From: Thecamonas trahens ATCC 50062
Lineage: Eukaryota; Protista; Apusomonadida
Direction: 5' to 3'
DNA: 64,000 nucleotides
Assembly: GCF_000142905.1 (NCBI RefSeq)
Contig: NW_013657655.1
Location: 372,285-436,284, forward strand
Shown: in pieces, positions 43,091-52,859 of the stretch
Layout: the number at the start of each line of letters is the position of its first letter
Numbering within the stretch: the first letter of the stretch is position 1
Notes under the pieces: model-generated
The model's database searches: none
The model's input: the letters and a program-made list of their open reading frames with translations, nothing else
Told to the model about the DNA's origin: nothing
Made by a program: the position numbers and the translations under genes

Positions 43091-43425
43091 TGTGCGCGTG
43101 CGTGTGCGTGTGCGCGGAGAGAGAGACAAGACTCATGGTGGGAGGAGCAGGCATGGAGGACGCGATGGGCATGGAGAGCATGGACTCGGAGTCCTTGCTG
43201 CGGCTTGCCAGAGGGCTGTTCCGACTGCAGCGGCACTCGAGCGCGCGCAAGTATGTGGACGAGGTTCTGATGCGCGAGCCCAACTACACTGATGCCATTA
43301 TTCTCAAGCGCATGATCGATGACTCTGTCCGGCGTGAGGGCCTCAACGGCGTTGTACTTCTTGGCTCATGGGCGCTCTTCCTGGTGGCAGCAGGCATCAC
43401 GTTTACACGGTGGAACAAGCGCTGA
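42519..43425 (+). CDS. FIS1: Mitochondrial fission protein Fis1. Exons 42519-42563, 42706-42841, 43151-43425
   Basis: Spliced product has NFAHRLIAS...DLERGVDILQ, a TPR-like segment LARGLFRLQRHSSARKYVDEVLMREPNY, IDDSVRREGLNG and a C-terminal TM plus basic tail. Both introns are GT..AG and phase-consistent. Confidence 0.85.
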
Positions 43426-43487
43426 GCAATGGCGAGTAAAGGCCGCACTCCTCGGCGTCGTCGTATCGTGACCACACACGGATGTCT

Positions 43488-46400
43488 TCACAAGCTGCCG
43501 AGCTGGCCAGCGTTGACCAGGTCAAGGAGCTCGGCGATGGTAGGGCGGAGGGCCGGATCAGTGTCCCAGCAGCGGGCCACAGTCTCGCGCACGCCGTTGG
43601 GCAGCAGGTCGACAGCTGGCCGCCAGCCGGAGAGCAGCCGGTAGCCGACCTCGAGCGCGTTTTCGCCGCGGAAGGCGGCCTGGCCAGTGGAGAGCTCGTA
43701 GAGGAGCGAGCCAAAGATAAAGACGTCGGTCTCCGGGCGGGAAGCTTCGCCGCGCAGCGTTTCAGGTGCGGTGTACGCTGCCGAGGGAATGGCGGTCATC
43801 GTTCCGAGGTGCATGCGAAGGATGTCCATGCCAAAGTCGGTGAGCGCCACGGCGGCGACTCGCGGCCGGGTTAGTGCCGGTTCCGTGCGGAGCTTGACAA
43901 AGACGTTGTTTGGCGAGAGTGCACCGTGGCCGGCGCCGGTGGCGGCGTGCAGCGCCGCGAGCGCTACAAGCAGGCATTTGACCAGGCACAGTCTGTCTAA
44001 CGACGACATTGAGCCCGCGGCCTCAGTCATGGACGGATGGTTGAGCTGTGCAAAGACGACAGCGATGTACGGGCTCTCGACGCAAAGCCCGACCGGCCCG
44101 GCGAGCGCCGAGTGTGCTCCTCCCGCGCGCGAGGCCTTGGCTGTGCTGGCAGCAACACTGATGAGCTGCGCAGGCTCGAACCGCTGCTTCAGCAGAACCT
44201 TGACGGCAACAGGGCCAAGCGGTGTTGTTGCCGAGTAAACGGTGGCGTACGAGCCGAGCTCCCGCTTCCCGCCCTGGCCAATCAGCGCCGCGATGTCCCG
44301 GGCTGAGTACAGCGTCATGAGGCCTGCTGGCTGCGAGCGGCGCATTGACATGGAGTGCGTCAGCGAGGCGGAGAAAGACGTGTCGTGTGGGAGGCCGATG
44401 ATTGCATCGACTTCAGCGAACGACTGGCCCACGTCAGGGTGTGAGCTCATGTCATCAGCGAGGACAGTTCCGAGGTTGTCGTCGATGGACGCAAGAGCGG
44501 TCTCGTCGTCCGACACAAGCGCCTCGTCGGCGTCGTTGCTTGACTCAGTCAGTGCGCTCGGGCCGGCGACATCACCGTTGGTCCGCGTATCTACGCGCGG
44601 CTTGGGCTTTTGCTTAATGCGGAAGAGGAGGGCCGCATCGGCGGCCACAGGCTCGACAAGCAGCTGGTCATGCCCGGGCATGGCCATGTCGTCAAAGAGC
44701 GACGGCCCAATGTAGACGCCCGGTTCGAGGCTGGTTAGGCCGCCGGGACTGGTCGACTCGCAACGTGAAAGCGACGACACCGAGTCTGTGTCGGTCGGCT
44801 CGAGCCGGAGGAGCGACGGCGGGAGCGAGCCGCCAAATGCGGCCTGCCATACGTCCTTCAGCTCGTCCATGACCGCGCCGTGGAAGACGAGCTCGTCGGC
44901 AGTCGACGGCGCCGCACCCTGAGCCGTCGAGGTGAAGACCTGCAGCGCCGAGGTCGAGGTGATACTACCATGCGCAGCGACGGCAAGCAGCGGGCCAACA
45001 CGCTTACAAATGGAGAGTATGCCTTGTATGACGTTGCCGAGCTGGCGCGGATCCTGCAGCGAGATAGTGACCGATTCAAGGGTCCACGAGAGGATGGCGC
45101 CGTGGGCCTGGGTCGCCACCACGCGCGTCCTAGCGTGGAATCGACGCAGAGCCTGGGCGGTGGCGTCCGGGGCCAGAATGAGACGCGAGCCGAGTTTGGC
45201 GACGACGACGTGGACGAGGACAACCGAGCCCGACGGAGCGGCCGGTGACGACGGCGGAATGACGTTAGTTGGGTCATAGAGCGAGGCGAGGCGCGAAACA
45301 ATCTGGGCCGGCAGTGGCCGCGCCACCGGGTCGTGATGCCAGAGCGCCTGAATGAGCGAGCGAAGCTGGCTGAGCTGCGGCGGAACGGCGCGGATGTCTG
45401 GCCGGCGGCCGTGGATGACGTCGAGGGCAAGCGCCAGCGGGTTGACTTGCGGGTAGAGCTCTGCGCGGGATGCCAGCTCCCATAGTGTGATGCCGAGCGC
45501 GTACATGTCGGACGCGGTGGTGAGCGCGGTGCTGCCGCCGATAAGCACCTCAGGCGCGGCCCAGAAAATGGAGCCGACATTGGGTCCGGTGCCTGCGGCC
45601 GACGTCTCTGTGGTCATTGGCGACTGAGGCGGCGTGAGCCGTGGCGTGGTCGAGTGCTCTGGGACCGGGCCGACCTTGTTCCTACGGCGGGTGCGGGTCG
45701 CTGATGCGCGGCTGTCGTGTGCGCCGCCCGATTCAAAGAGCGAGATCGACATACCGGTTGTGACCAACTCCTGAGCGCCGTCCGAGGCGTCGATATTGAC
45801 TGGGCGCCCGGCGGGTGTGGCAGGCGCAGAAGAGTTGGCGGCGTTCATGCAGAGCGCGGGCAAGGGCTGACCGGTTGGCGCCTTGATTGAGGCGAGGCCA
45901 AAGTCGGCAATCTTGGGTACCCAGTTTCCGTCAAAGAGCACGTTGAGCGACTTGAAATCGCCGTGGACGACGCCGGCGTGTGCCAGATACTGCAGGCCAA
46001 GGGCAATGTGGTGGGCCCAGCGGAGGACAATAGACGAGTCGAGGAAGAATGCGTCTGAGGCGAGGACGTCGGCGAGATTCCCGCGCGACATAAACTCGGT
46101 CACAATCGCCGGCGGATCGAGGTGGATGCCCATGAAGAGCACAATGTTGGGGTGACGGAGGCGGAGGAGCATGCTCGCCTCGTCGACAAACTCACGCATC
46201 TGCCGGCCCTGCAGCGGGCCTGCACGGGTTCTCTTGACAGCCACCTGGGTCCCGCGCCACATGCCGCGGTAGACGACGCCATATGAGCCGGTACCCACCA
46301 CCGGCCCGAGGCTCACGTCCTCGGCTGGGATGACCAGCTCGGCGTCCGACTGGAGGCGGAAGGTGGTGACCGACCGGTGGCGGAGAACGATGATGGCGAC

Positions 46401-48083
46401 GACAGCAACAACGGCGGAGCAGACGCACGCGGCCGCGAGCGCGATGGCGACAACAGCCGCAGTTGAGAGCGCACCCGCCGACATGCTCACAGACCGAGAA
46501 GGTGGCGAGAGCTTAAGGGTGTACCCGAGGCGAAGTTCAGACGAGACCTGTAGACCAGGAGCGTGCGCGATGGCGCGGATCTCGTGGGCACCGTCAGTGG
46601 AGAGCGAGATATGCTGGGCAAAAACGAGGGCGTCGGTAGTCGGCTTGGTCCCATCAAGAGTGTAGTAGAGAGTGGCGCCGCGGGTGAGGCTCGAGAGGAC
46701 AACCGCAAGCTCGTCGGTGTATGTGCCAGACGGATGCGAGGCTGTCGGTGCGACGGTAAGCGAGAGGATTGACGCGAGGCGGACGGCCTCCAGGCTCGGA
46801 AGCTCGGCGTCAAAGTGGGCGGCCAGAGCGGTGGCGGATCGATTGGCCATGGCGTCAAGGCCAAAGGAGAAGGCGCTGTACTCGAGGACGAGATCAATGA
46901 CGCCAAAGCCAGCAAGCGAGCGCTCAAAGATGTCCGAGGCAGCCGCGAGCTTGGCCTTGGCCACTTCCGAGCGCGGGTGTGTGACGAGCGAAAAGAGTGA
47001 GGGTCGCAGCGGCAAGCCCGACATGACGCTTGCGGCGGTGAAGGCAGCGGCATAGTGGGTCGTGTTCCCGGCGTGGGCAACAAATGCCATGGCCTCATCT
47101 GGGTGAAGGGCGGTGCGCGGGACAGCAAGAGTGACGAGCGTCATTAGAACGCCCGGGATCGAGTTTGGCGGCGCCGAGCCACGAGCGCCATCGTAGGCCG
47201 GAAAGACAAAGGCACCGATGTCAGCGGAGGGCATGCCCGCGAGGATGGGAAACATGGTAAAGGCTTCAAAGCCGCAGAACATGGCAACGTGGCCATGGGC
47301 CATGTCCTGAGGCAAATACGGGGCCGTGCCGTTGACGTGTGGGTTGGGCACCCCAAGATAGCCGGCGGTCATCAGATCGGCGAGCTCGTCAAAGGTGGCA
47401 CGGACTCGCGGATCGGTGAATGCGATGCGGCCGTTGAAGAACTTTTTGTAGAAAGCGTTGCCATGCATCCGCAGCGCAAGCTCGTCAAAGTACGCAGTGT
47501 TGGGAAAGAGCGGCGTGTCAGCGGCGAGACAGCCGATACCGGCGGCGGTCACGGCGGCGCACACAGCCTTGAGCTCCGAGAGGGTGCGCGGCGGCGAGAG
47601 GCCAAGCGCGTCAAAGATTGGCACCGAGTACATGCACATGTTAGGCTCGGCCGAGATAGGGACAGCGTACATGGCGCCGTCTGCGCCGCGCGAGCGGGCG
47701 ATGGCAGCAGGCACAACGTCGTCCCACACGCCAAGCGCATCCCACACGTGGTCGAGAGGATAGTAGTTGTCGCCAGTCAGCAGATTGAGGCCACCACCAC
47801 CAAGGTATGATGGTACAACGTCTGCACCACGCGAGGCTTGTAGCCATGGGGTGTACTTTGAGGCATCGGGTGAGAAGGCGACGTAGATGAGGTCTGCTTG
47901 GGCACCTTCTGGGCGGCTGTTGTACTCGTTGACGAGAGCGGCGAACGCGGGCGAGGTACCAATGCGAGGATCAATGGAGGTGTATACCCGTAGCCTCGGA
48001 CGTAGCCCGTGGACACCGTTCATCCACACCAGCAACCACACCAGCAACCACACAAGCACCAGCCCGCTCCTCGATGCGTTCAT
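43488..48083 (-). CDS. Receptor-like TKL kinase: signal peptide, sugar-type solute-binding domain, Fn3-associated domain, TM, kinase, degenerate cyclase-like domain, pseudokinase
   Basis: Signal MNASRSGLVLVWLLVWLLVW. SBP motifs DGAMYAVP and PPRTLSELKAVC. Fn3_assoc ATLYYTLDGTKPT. Kinase GTGSYGVV/VAVK/HGDFKSLN/DFG/APE. The second kinase has HGALSPNN. Confidence 0.88.
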   Translation of the reverse strand: MNASRSGLVLVWLLVWLLVWMNGVHGLRPRLRVYTSIDPRIGTSPAFAALVNEYNSRPEGAQADLIYVAFSPDASKYTPWLQASRGADVVPSYLGGGGLNLLTGDNYYPLDHVWDALGVWDDVVPAAIARSRGADGAMYAVPISAEPNMCMYSVPIFDALGLSPPRTLSELKAVCAAVTAAGIGCLAADTPLFPNTAYFDELALRMHGNAFYKKFFNGRIAFTDPRVRATFDELADLMTAGYLGVPNPHVNGTAPYLPQDMAHGHVAMFCGFEAFTMFPILAGMPSADIGAFVFPAYDGARGSAPPNSIPGVLMTLVTLAVPRTALHPDEAMAFVAHAGNTTHYAAAFTAASVMSGLPLRPSLFSLVTHPRSEVAKAKLAAASDIFERSLAGFGVIDLVLEYSAFSFGLDAMANRSATALAAHFDAELPSLEAVRLASILSLTVAPTASHPSGTYTDELAVVLSSLTRGATLYYTLDGTKPTTDALVFAQHISLSTDGAHEIRAIAHAPGLQVSSELRLGYTLKLSPPSRSVSMSAGALSTAAVVAIALAAACVCSAVVAVVAIIVLRHRSVTTFRLQSDAELVIPAEDVSLGPVVGTGSYGVVYRGMWRGTQVAVKRTRAGPLQGRQMREFVDEASMLLRLRHPNIVLFMGIHLDPPAIVTEFMSRGNLADVLASDAFFLDSSIVLRWAHHIALGLQYLAHAGVVHGDFKSLNVLFDGNWVPKIADFGLASIKAPTGQPLPALCMNAANSSAPATPAGRPVNIDASDGAQELVTTGMSISLFESGGAHDSRASATRTRRRNKVGPVPEHSTTPRLTPPQSPMTTETSAAGTGPNVGSIFWAAPEVLIGGSTALTTASDMYALGITLWELASRAELYPQVNPLALALDVIHGRRPDIRAVPPQLSQLRSLIQALWHHDPVARPLPAQIVSRLASLYDPTNVIPPSSPAAPSGSVVLVHVVVAKLGSRLILAPDATAQALRRFHARTRVVATQAHGAILSWTLESVTISLQDPRQLGNVIQGILSICKRVGPLLAVAAHGSITSTSALQVFTSTAQGAAPSTADELVFHGAVMDELKDVWQAAFGGSLPPSLLRLEPTDTDSVSSLSRCESTSPGGLTSLEPGVYIGPSLFDDMAMPGHDQLLVEPVAADAALLFRIKQKPKPRVDTRTNGDVAGPSALTESSNDADEALVSDDETALASIDDNLGTVLADDMSSHPDVGQSFAEVDAIIGLPHDTSFSASLTHSMSMRRSQPAGLMTLYSARDIAALIGQGGKRELGSYATVYSATTPLGPVAVKVLLKQRFEPAQLISVAASTAKASRAGGAHSALAGPVGLCVESPYIAVVFAQLNHPSMTEAAGSMSSLDRLCLVKCLLVALAALHAATGAGHGALSPNNVFVKLRTEPALTRPRVAAVALTDFGMDILRMHLGTMTAIPSAAYTAPETLRGEASRPETDVFIFGSLLYELSTGQAAFRGENALEVGYRLLSGWRPAVDLLPNGVRETVARCWDTDPALRPTIAELLDLVNAGQLGSL

Positions 48084-48602
48084 ACTGTGGTGGTGGAGGC
48101 GACAGCCGAGTTTTTCTCCCCCAGCACGTGGAAGAGGAACGGAACGGAGGTATGCACGTATGTGCCTGTGTGCAAGGAGTGGTATGGGGTGGGTGGGGGG
48201 GGGTGGGGTGGAGGGGGCAGGGTGGGGGGTGGGGGTGTGGGGGTGTGGAGTGGGGAGGGTACGGTTGAGGAGTGTGGGGTGTGGGGGGGGCGAGGGCTGT
48301 AATGGTGGTATGATGGTGCCGACTTTGGTTGGAGTGAAGAGCGAGTTTGTCTGGTTGGGTCTGGGGATGAGGTTACCGGGATTGGGAGCCAGGATGAAGG
48401 CGAAGGGGAAGAAGAGTGGGGGTAGGGGGGGGGTAGGGATTGGAGGGTGTGTGTGGTGGTGGTGGTGATGGGTGCGGGTGTGTCTGGGGTTAGTGTAGGT
48501 TGCAAACGTGTGGCAGGTAGTGTGATGAGGTTGGTCAATCAAGGACGTGTGCACACTAATTGGCAGAGCATGTGAAAAGGGCGTGGGCGTGACGGAGCGG
48601 TG

Positions 48603-49598
48603 CTACCAGTCAGCGCGCGGACCAAAGACGCCATTTGTCATCTTGGTATCACGGGGGATGACGGCGCCAGAGATCCACTGCGTAGCGACAAAGTCCTTGT
48701 GGCGGGCGGCGTATTCGGGGTTCATCTTGCCACGCTGGTTGACTTCAGGCGCATGCGGACGTTCAGCAAACTTGAGCCAACAGTCGCCCTTGGTGTGTGT
48801 GTGTGCGTCGGGCTCGAAGCACTCGTCGTCAGGGCAGTAGACCCAGAGGTTGCAGGGGAACTGATTGGCTTTGAGGTCGGGCTCAAAGTTGTAGCAGTCG
48901 AGAGCGCACTCGTAAGGTGAGTCCTTCTTGTTGTGTGGGCCCCACTTGACACCGATGCCGTCGTATGAGGCGCCGCGCTCCATCCAGACGGCGTAACCGT
49001 CGTTCGACTCGCCGCGGGCGATCCAGTCGGCCATGGTCGACGACTCGCCAAGGCAAGTCAGATTGACATGCTTGTAGCCATCGATGGCCGGCGATCCGCA
49101 ATCGAGCGGCTCCAGGCTATCGCCGTCGTCGATCTTAGTTCCGTGGACGTTGACATCAAAGATGCGGATGCCGCGGTAGTCGACGACGCCGGCATCGTCC
49201 TCCGCCGCAGCATGCTCGACGTCTGTGACCGGAAGCACGTCGCGATGTGACTCTGCAGCGTGGATGCGCGCCGACTCGCCGTGGGCATCGTCCTGGGCCG
49301 TCTCGTCGCCAGCGTCGTCGCCTGCTGAGCCAAGCGCGTCCACGGCGGTGGCTTCGGCCAGGGAAGGCTCCTTTTGCGACGGATGACGCGTGTGCGGGCG
49401 TGAGTCTGAGCGTGTGTGCGAGTCCGAGTGCGGGTGCATGCGATCGGCGTCAGGCGAGTTTGGGAGATGGAGCTTGTGGGTGAAGAGCACGGTCCGCATG
49501 CGAGCTTCTGCCGAGTCCTTGTTCTTGGAGCTGAGCAGCAGGGCTGTGGCTGCGGTGAGGAGGACTGCTGCGAGGACCACATATCCACCCTTGCGCAT
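48603..49598 (-). CDS. N-anchored protein with a PAN/apple-like Cys domain resembling an uncharacterised plant/green-algal family
   Basis: N-terminal TM; YDGIGVKWG...ECALDC...CNLWVYCP...C.....H....CWLK...WISG. Confidence 0.75.
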   Translation of the reverse strand: MRKGGYVVLAAVLLTAATALLLSSKNKDSAEARMRTVLFTHKLHLPNSPDADRMHPHSDSHTRSDSRPHTRHPSQKEPSLAEATAVDALGSAGDDAGDETAQDDAHGESARIHAAESHRDVLPVTDVEHAAAEDDAGVVDYRGIRIFDVNVHGTKIDDGDSLEPLDCGSPAIDGYKHVNLTCLGESSTMADWIARGESNDGYAVWMERGASYDGIGVKWGPHNKKDSPYECALDCYNFEPDLKANQFPCNLWVYCPDDECFEPDAHTHTKGDCWLKFAERPHAPEVNQRGKMNPEYAARHKDFVATQWISGAVIPRDTKMTNGVFGPRADW

Positions 49599-49599
49599 G

Positions 49600-49654
49600 G
49601 TATGTATGTATGTATGTATGTATGTATGTATGTATGTATGTATGTATGTATGTA

Positions 49655-49717
<63 letters not shown>
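49600..49717. repeat. Compound microsatellite (TATG)n(TG)n directly upstream of a minus-strand ATG
   Basis: Read directly from the sequence. Confidence 0.95.
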
Positions 49718-49719
<2 letters not shown>

Positions 49720-49822
49720 TGGTGGTGGGTGGGTCGGTAGGTGGCGGTGGCGGTGGCGGAGTGAGTGACACCTCACGCAGACACCGAGCGGGCGCGAGGG
49801 CGGACGGCGACAAGTCGAACAG

Positions 49823-50668
49823 ATGTTCCGATGGGCGTTCCGAGTGGTGGGGACGGGGGCGGCGGCAGCAGGGCTTGCCGTCTACTACACCTCGGATGTG
49901 CAAAGCATTCCCATACCGTCGTCGTCGCTGTTGGCAAAGGACGGGTCCGGGAGCCGTGACGCGTACGAGGTGGTGTTGAGAACGCAGAGCGAGAGGCGCC
50001 AAGCCGCGTCGGGCGGGAGTGTGGGCGGCGGGGGAGCACGAGGCCACACGCTACTGGCTGCAGCGTCGCCGGAGAGCCTCGCGCCAGCAGATTTGGTGCG
50101 GATCTGGCTGTCGTCGGCGGCGATGCTACCGGAGCGTGTGCTGCTGGATCCGCTGTTGCCACACGCGCCGCGTCCGCCGATGCCGACAGCGCCGCGGGCA
50201 CCGGCGCTCCCGCGATGGAGCGAGCTCGACTCGATGGCCGGCATCAAGGCCGCCGGAGGCGCGCTGGGCGTCGAGGCGGCGCGGTGGGTGTGCTGGCTCG
50301 GCAGGCTCGGCCTGTGGATCCTCCCTCGACCGGCCGAGGCTAACACACGGCGGCATCTGGAGGGCTTGCGCGGGCGGACCGGCGAAGTCGCGTTTGGCTT
50401 CCGCATTGTCGCCGTTGCCCCGCACCAGGTGCTTCTCACACCGGCGGCCGCCTCGTGGGGCCCGCTCGAGTGGCCGGCCGGTATGCGGACGTGGATCGCG
50501 GTCGAGGGCGACCGGGTCCGCTTCGGCTCGTCGTCGGGCGGGCTTGCTGACGACGGCTCGTTCCTCGCAACCGTCGCCTTTGCCTTTCATGACCTCTACT
50601 CGCGTGTCATTGTCAAGTCGCTGGCAAGTGCCATCGATAGCCATTTGCGGAACGCGGTGGACCTTTGA
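49823..50668 (+). CDS. Hypothetical protein with a hydrophobic N-terminus
   Basis: 281-aa ORF with coding-like codon usage; C-terminal FHDLYSRVIV. Confidence 0.6.
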   Translation: MFRWAFRVVGTGAAAAGLAVYYTSDVQSIPIPSSSLLAKDGSGSRDAYEVVLRTQSERRQAASGGSVGGGGARGHTLLAAASPESLAPADLVRIWLSSAAMLPERVLLDPLLPHAPRPPMPTAPRAPALPRWSELDSMAGIKAAGGALGVEAARWVCWLGRLGLWILPRPAEANTRRHLEGLRGRTGEVAFGFRIVAVAPHQVLLTPAAASWGPLEWPAGMRTWIAVEGDRVRFGSSSGGLADDGSFLATVAFAFHDLYSRVIVKSLASAIDSHLRNAVDL

Positions 50669-50685
50669 CATGGGGGGGTGGCGCT

Positions 50686-52461
50686 CTATCCACGTGGGTG
50701 GGTACCAGACGGGGCCTGGAGCGAAAATCGCGGCAGGAGCGAGTCGCTAGGCGATGGCGGTCGGCGTGGCAGTCGGCGGCGTACAAGGGTAAACGGCATG
50801 GCGCGGATGGCCGAAAATACGTTGTCGACGTCGGCCGAGGCGTGTGCGAGGAGCGTGTGGAGGTCTGCGGCCGAGGCGTGGAGGGTGGCCAGCGGGCGCT
50901 CACCAACGCCAGCCGCCATGATGGGGACGTCGGCGACGCGGTAGGCGGCGACGATGCGCTCGAGAAGGCGGATTCCCGATGCGTCGAGCGATGGCATGGC
51001 GGCAAGATCCAGGATGACCGCGACTGGCGGGAGCGGATCGGTAAGGAGGCCCATGGCGGCAGCCTCTAGCCGCGGAACGGCGGGGAAGAGGAGCGGGCCG
51101 GCGAGGTGCAGAACAGTTGCATCCTCGACAAATGAGACCTCGATCCGCGGGTGGGAGTTGAGGTAGAGCAGGGCAACGATAGAGGCGCCAAGGCCAATGG
51201 CGATGCCGTAGGCAATGCCGAGACCAAGGCAGGCAACAAAGGTGCAGCCGGCAACAGCAGTCTCAGCCGGCGACGTCCGCCAGAGAAAGACCCAGTGCGA
51301 GGCCTCGAACATCGGCACAACGGCGGTGATGATGATGGCGGCGAGCGAGACCTTAGGAACAAAGCAAAAGAGCGTCGTGAGCAGGTTGATGGCGAGGAGG
51401 ACAATGACAGACGACATGATGCCGGCAAGCGGCGAGCGGGCGCCCGACCGCGATTGCACGGCCGAGCGCGAGAATGAGCCTGTGACCACAAAGGCCGAGG
51501 CAAACGAACCGAGCACATTGGCCATGCCCAGCGCAAAGAGCTCTTGCGAAGGCCCAACGTTGTAACCACGCGAGGCGCCGAATGCCTTGGCAATGGATAT
51601 CGACTCAAGGAAGCCGACGGCGGCTGCCAGCGGGACGTACGGGCCGATTGCGGCGCCGATGCGCGGGAGCGAGCCAAGCGAAGGGACGGTAAACGAGGAG
51701 GCAAAGACAGACGGCACGTGGCCAGTGAGCGCAAATGGCGAGGAGGCACACGATGCACGGCAGTCAAGCGAGTGGCCGCAGGCGGCCTGATAGCCGACCA
51801 CAAAGGCGGTACTGCCGAGGACGGCGATGGCGTTGCGAGCGGTGCCGAGGGCGCGGCAGAGCCGCGACGACGAGCCCCATGCGTCGCGAGCAGCCTTGAG
51901 AGCAACCACAACCGCGACTCCTCCCATGCCCAAAAGCAGATCTGGCCAGTGGTCGCGGACATTGATGCCCCAGTGCTCAAAGGTGCGGACGACGTCGTCG
52001 TAGAACGAGACCGACGAGCCCGAGGAGCCAAAGAAGTGATGAAGCTGGCCAAAGCCGATGGTGACGGCAGCTGACGAGACAAAGCCATCGATGACGGGCG
52101 CAGAGAGGAACGAGACCAAGCCGCCGGCGCGCACAAGGCTCGCCAGGATTTGGGTAGCGCCGGCCAAGAACGAGAGCACAGCCGCGGCAGCGACCTTGTC
52201 AGCGGGAGCCTCCATCGAGGCCACAGCATGTGCTACCATGAGCGACATGATGGCGGTTGGCCCGACAGCGATGTCGCGCGAAGTGCCGAGAACAGCATAC
52301 ACAAGGGGAGCAACCCATGCCGAGAGCAGGCCGTACTCGACAGGAAGGGTGGCGATCGATGCGTAGGCGAGCGCTTGCGGGACGACCATGAGCCCGACAG
52401 TGACCCCAGCCTCAGCGTCGGCCAGCAGCCACGAGAAGGGGTAGGTACGGAGCCAGGTCAC
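50686..52461 (-). CDS. SLC26/SulP sulfate-anion transporter with STAS domain (SLC26A11-like); start unresolved
   Basis: AGVTVGLMVVPQALAYASIA.LP..YGL, GTSRDIAVGPTA, ESISIAKAFG, SQELFALG, TGSFSRSAV, STAS GPLLFP...VILDL...LDASG. Confidence 0.93.
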   Translation of the reverse strand: MTWLRTYPFSWLLADAEAGVTVGLMVVPQALAYASIATLPVEYGLLSAWVAPLVYAVLGTSRDIAVGPTAIMSLMVAHAVASMEAPADKVAAAAVLSFLAGATQILASLVRAGGLVSFLSAPVIDGFVSSAAVTIGFGQLHHFFGSSGSSVSFYDDVVRTFEHWGINVRDHWPDLLLGMGGVAVVVALKAARDAWGSSSRLCRALGTARNAIAVLGSTAFVVGYQAACGHSLDCRASCASSPFALTGHVPSVFASSFTVPSLGSLPRIGAAIGPYVPLAAAVGFLESISIAKAFGASRGYNVGPSQELFALGMANVLGSFASAFVVTGSFSRSAVQSRSGARSPLAGIMSSVIVLLAINLLTTLFCFVPKVSLAAIIITAVVPMFEASHWVFLWRTSPAETAVAGCTFVACLGLGIAYGIAIGLGASIVALLYLNSHPRIEVSFVEDATVLHLAGPLLFPAVPRLEAAAMGLLTDPLPPVAVILDLAAMPSLDASGIRLLERIVAAYRVADVPIMAAGVGERPLATLHASAADLHTLLAHASADVDNVFSAIRAMPFTLVRRRLPRRPPSPSDSLLPRFSLQAPSGTHPRG

Positions 52462-52859
52462 GATAGGGAGGTGCGGTAGTGGAAGCCTTGGGGGCGGTAG
52501 CGCATGCCCGGATCATGGCCCATGTAGAGTTGGCACAAGAGCAAGTGCAGCTAGAGGTGTGGTTGGTGGCCGAGGTGCATGTCACGCGGACGGGGAGGGC
52601 GCCGGCGTGGGCCAGAACCACTCGACGCGCGACAGTCAGCCGATTGTCTGCGTCTCTCCAATGCGTGCTGAATGATAGTTCTGTATCGGTGAAGGTTGCT
52701 AGGCGCAATTGATTGATTGCGGGTGGTAGTGGTGACGTGGCACGTGGCGAGACGCAGTGCTGGCCAAAGTCGGCTGCGGCGATCGGCCAGGGCAAGTTGT
52801 GTGATGGAAAGGGCATGACTCTGCGTTGTGTTTGCATTTTAGTCTGTGTAAGCTGTTAG

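Noticed and set aside
42842-43150. Cys/Val-rich insert in ORF 42700-43425
   Set aside because: It is the translated (TG)n-containing second intron of FIS1.
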